Positions 41,937 to 44,528 of a DNA stretch of 44,528 bases are shown here, piece by piece; within the stretch, counting starts at the first letter, position 1; each line of letters starts with the position of its first letter. Position numbers and translations under genes: made by a program. A model generated the notes under the pieces. The model searched no databases and was not told the DNA's origin. It saw only the letters and a program-made list of their open reading frames with translations. Source of the DNA: an uncultured Coriobacteriaceae bacterium (GTDB lineage Bacteria; Actinomycetota; Coriobacteriia; Coriobacteriales; CADBOM01); contig CADBOM010000141.1 in assembly GCA_902796325.1 (NCBI GenBank), positions 1 through 44,528 on the forward strand, read 5' to 3'.

Positions 41937-42908
41937 TTATTCCTCGGTGCGTTTCTTGCTCAACAGAACGGCATCGTAGGCAACGTTCTTGCTGACGCCA
42001 AATTCACGCGCAAGCTGCTTGGCAATCTTGGAGCTTGACATTCCGTTTTGAGAAGATAGCTCTGTCGCTCGGGCAACGAGAGCATTCTGAAGGTCTTCGC
42101 CGGAGAGAACGGCTTCGCCTCCGACAGGCGCAGAGCCATCGTCACTGCCGCCTACGCCGCCTCCCCTGTTGCCCAAACGCTGCGGCGCATCTATCACGAG
42201 TACTACCTCGCCCTTGAGCTCGGACTGCCTGCCCTCTATGCTCTCCGCCAGAGCGGCGGGGTAATCGATCGCATACTCCTCATGCATCTTCGTGAGCTCT
42301 CGTGCCATGCAAACCCGTCTGTTGGGAAACACTTCCGCAATGGCCTTGAGCGACCCCACCGTGCGGTGGTTTGACTCGTAGAAAACCAGAAGCGCATCCA
42401 ATCCGGAGAGAGACTGCAGCGTGCGTGCGCGCTCGCCATTCTTGCGCGGCAGAAATCCACCGAAATAAAAGTTCCTGCACACGAAGCCGCTGCCGGCTAT
42501 GGCGGTTAGAACAGCGCTCGCACCCGGCAGAACCGTAACCGGTAGCCCGGCCTTGCGAACCTCGGCAACGAGCCTCTGGCCCGGATCGCTTATGCAGGGC
42601 ATCCCGGCGTCCGACACGAACGCCACGGTTTGCCCCTCGCGAATTCTCTCGATGATCTGCGGTGCCTTTTGCTCAGTAACGTTCTCATCGCACCTCTGCA
42701 AAGGGGTATCTATCCCATAGCGCGATAGCAGCTTCAGGGTCACGCGGGTGTCCTCCGCATATATGACATCGGCTTGGTCGAGCTGTTCCAAAACCCTCTG
42801 GGTGATGTCGGCGATGTTCCCTATGGGCGTGGCGCACAGAACCAGCTGGCCCAAACCGCCTGCGCCAGGTGCGTTAGTTGCTCTAGTTGTCGAGGAAGTC
42901 ATTGTCAT
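41937..42908 (-). CDS. rsmI: 16S rRNA (cytidine1402-2'-O)-methyltransferase
   Basis: LVLCATPIGNIADITQRVLEQLDQADVIYAEDTRVT...SDAGMPCISDPG. About 60-aa C-terminal extension. Confidence 0.92.
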   Translation of the reverse strand: MTMTSSTTRATNAPGAGGLGQLVLCATPIGNIADITQRVLEQLDQADVIYAEDTRVTLKLLSRYGIDTPLQRCDENVTEQKAPQIIERIREGQTVAFVSDAGMPCISDPGQRLVAEVRKAGLPVTVLPGASAVLTAIAGSGFVCRNFYFGGFLPRKNGERARTLQSLSGLDALLVFYESNHRTVGSLKAIAEVFPNRRVCMARELTKMHEEYAIDYPAALAESIEGRQSELKGEVVLVIDAPQRLGNRGGGVGGSDDGSAPVGGEAVLSGEDLQNALVARATELSSQNGMSSSKIAKQLAREFGVSKNVAYDAVLLSKKRTEE

Positions 42909-43776
42909 CCATCAGCGAATCGTAAAGACCATCGAGGTAGTCCTCTGCGTCGGAAATTACCTTCGGGTCGATGTGGACCGAATTGTCTGCGGTTGGGAAC
43001 GTCTTGCCCTTGATGGCGTCGTCGTAGTCTTGCAGGGCCTTTCCCAGCACGGACTTCCCATCCACGAAGTTATGAGCATGTTTGGGAGTGCGATCGGATA
43101 ATCCAAGCACGTCGTGGATAACCTGAACCTCGGCATCGCAATCAGGCCCTGCTCCAATGCCGATCGTGGAGAACGGGAACGTGAGCGTGATGTGCTTTGC
43201 AAGCTCTGCCGGAATGCACTCGAGAACAGCGGCCTTAACCCCGATGTCTGCATAGTGCTCGCACGCAGCCAGAAGCTCGGCCACGCCCTCCATCTCCTTG
43301 CCCTGGGCCTTGAATCCTCCAAACTCGTTAACAGATTGCGGAGTGAGCCCGAGGTGCCCCACCACGGGGATACCATGGGCGATGAGCTCTTTTATGAGCA
43401 TGAGAGTTGCGGGGGTGGCTCCTTCGAGCTTAACGGCATTGGCCCCGCCCTCGGCAATGAGCCTGCCCGCGTTGTGCATGCCCTCCTCGAAGGAGGCCTG
43501 ATAGCTCATGAATGGCATGTCGGCAACAATGAGGGGCTTGGTGGTTCCGCGAACGACGGCCTTGGTAGACAGCACCATCTCGTCCATGGTAACCGGAAGG
43601 GTGGAGTCGTAGCCGTGCATGGTCATTCCAACCGAATCTCCAATCAGGATGGAGTCGATGCTGGTTTGGTCGACTATCCTCGCCATGCTGTAGTCGTAGC
43701 ATGTGACCATGGTGATCTTGCGGCGTTCTTTCTTCGCCTTCTCGAATATATCCATGGTGTTGCGCTTAACTGTCAT
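42883..43776 (-). CDS. panB: 3-methyl-2-oxobutanoate hydroxymethyltransferase
   Basis: ORF 42883..43827. The preferred start is the ATG at 43776, with GAGGA 8 nt upstream, giving MTVKRNTMDIFEKAKKERRKITMVTCYDYSMA.... Also contains LIGDSVGM and KLEGG-type motifs. The acidic C-terminal tail overlaps the rsmI start by 26 nt. Confidence 0.92.
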   Translation of the reverse strand: MTVKRNTMDIFEKAKKERRKITMVTCYDYSMARIVDQTSIDSILIGDSVGMTMHGYDSTLPVTMDEMVLSTKAVVRGTTKPLIVADMPFMSYQASFEEGMHNAGRLIAEGGANAVKLEGATPATLMLIKELIAHGIPVVGHLGLTPQSVNEFGGFKAQGKEMEGVAELLAACEHYADIGVKAAVLECIPAELAKHITLTFPFSTIGIGAGPDCDAEVQVIHDVLGLSDRTPKHAHNFVDGKSVLGKALQDYDDAIKGKTFPTADNSVHIDPKVISDAEDYLDGLYDSLMDDNDFLDN

Positions 43777-43915
43777 AGCCATCATCCTCGCAGATTGTAA
43801 AAACATGTCGTTAGAAGCTGTGCCCATCGGTAGTTGAGCCAGCCAAACTCGATGCTACACGTTAGCAGCCGGTTTAGAAAGTTTAACCGCAAACGGTTCT
43901 TGGGAAAACGCTCTC

Positions 43916-44046
43916 GCAAGCTCATTTGCAAGCTCATTCGTAAGCTCGTCCGCATGCAAAATATGGCCTGTCAGCCACATGCCAATGCACGGCAGTCGCA
44001 TGCCGTGACCTGGCAATCGCATGCTGCGACATGGCAACCCCCATGC
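43916..44046. repeat. Two adjacent degenerate tandem arrays: 12 bp x3, then ~21 bp x4, each 21-mer ending in CATGC
   Basis: 12-mers gcaagctcattt / gcaagctcattc / gtaagctcgtcc (43916-43951). 21-mers tatggcctgtcagccacatgc / caatgcacggcagtcgcatgc / cgtgacctggcaatcgcatgc / tgcgacatggcaacccccatgc (43962-44046). They abut the stop codon of the activase gene. Confidence 0.85.
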
Positions 44047-44528
44047 TATCCGCCTATATGGCATTGGAGCCCAAAGGATTCGACTCGCGCCTTCAAGCTT
44101 TCCATCTGCTCGTCGGTTGGAGTTTGGGACTCAAACCTACCGGCTTCTGGCTGTTCCATCCTGTCCAACTTGGAGTCTCCCAAATCGTGGTATGGAAGAA
44201 GGTCTACGGCCACGTCGCTCCCAAGCTCGTTGCATATAAAATCGCACATTGCGTCGATGTTTTGAACCGAATCGTTGAAACCGGGTATCACTGGCATACG
44301 GATGCGCATTTTCTTCTTGCACTCATGGTAGATGGCCTTGGAGTTTTGCAGAATGCGCTCGTTTGCAACCCCCGTGCCCCACTTGTGGCGCTGAGAGTCC
44401 ATGTTCTTTAGGTCCAGAAGAACGATGTCGCAGTATTCCAAGACCGCATGCAGGCTCTCGCGCGAGCCCATTCCACTTGTCTCGATGCAGGTAGTTAGAC
44501 CTTCCGACTTGCACAAACGCAAGATAGA
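44046..44528 (-). CDS. Glycyl-radical enzyme activating protein (PflA family), C-terminal part only; N-terminus beyond the window
   Basis: ...CIETSG...LLDLKNMD...H..WTG..N..IL.N...I......IRMPVIPGFNDS...I........LPYHDLG..K matches the activase C-terminal half. The ORF is open to the window edge. Confidence 0.85.
   Translation of the reverse strand, partial: SILRLCKSEGLTTCIETSGMGSRESLHAVLEYCDIVLLDLKNMDSQRHKWGTGVANERILQNSKAIYHECKKKMRIRMPVIPGFNDSVQNIDAMCDFICNELGSDVAVDLLPYHDLGDSKLDRMEQPEAGRFESQTPTDEQMESLKARVESFGLQCHIGG

Noticed and set aside
1-44528. Mobile elements, prophage, defence islands or toxin-antitoxin modules
   Set aside because: No transposase, integrase, recombinase, restriction, Cas or toxin-like ORFs, and no flanking inverted repeats, were seen. 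The WYL pair is not followed by any defence-type operon. It ends at a strong terminator.

Overview
Gene-dense, mostly minus-strand chromosomal segment that is almost entirely housekeeping. I saw no transposase, integrase, phage gene, CRISPR array or rRNA. In order it contains: rplM-rpsI; a YtxH-like protein; a flippase-like membrane protein; a CNNM/CorC transporter with a small coupled ORF; purE-yqeY; a fused metX-metW; a complete riboflavin operon (FMN riboswitch-ribD-ribE-ribBA-ribH) followed by a HAD phosphatase; DUF2804 plus a HemN-like radical SAM gene; a Cof-type HAD; tRNA-Gly(CCC); two adjacent TrkA genes; a DUF5679 zinc-ribbon ORF; a 1401-aa membrane protein; an overlapping pair of HTH-WYL (PafB/PafC-like) regulators; a two-gene AmmeMemoRadiSam-type locus; a bicupin-like orphan; SRP RNA-dnaX-ybaB-recR; veg; an acyltransferase; and panB-rsmI-metG-tatD-flavoprotein-rsmA. 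A truncated glycyl-radical activase sits at the right edge. The gene set (PafBC-like pair, twin TrkA and DUF5679 together with veg and B. subtilis-like metG-tatD-ksgA-veg order) suggests an anaerobic Actinomycetota such as a Coriobacteriia-type genome, but that is a guess. I found no clear-cut new multi-gene system. The points most worth a second look are: (1) the 1401-aa protein, whose M28-peptidase fold is interrupted by TM helices and about 1000 aa of low-complexity sequence and appears to have lost its metal and catalytic residues; (2) a 33-bp tandem array of 5.5 units with a palindromic core between that gene and the divergent WYL regulator pair; (3) the LigB-AMMECR1 fusion plus radical SAM pair; (4) the MetX-MetW fusion; (5) the HAD phosphatase appended to the rib operon; (6) a recurring class of short degenerate tandem repeats, often GCATGC/CGTG-rich, sitting directly 3' of stop codons in many intergenic and intercistronic spacers; (7) an orphan promoter-terminator pair that could be a small RNA. 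All domain calls come from reading the translated ORFs by eye. No searches were run.
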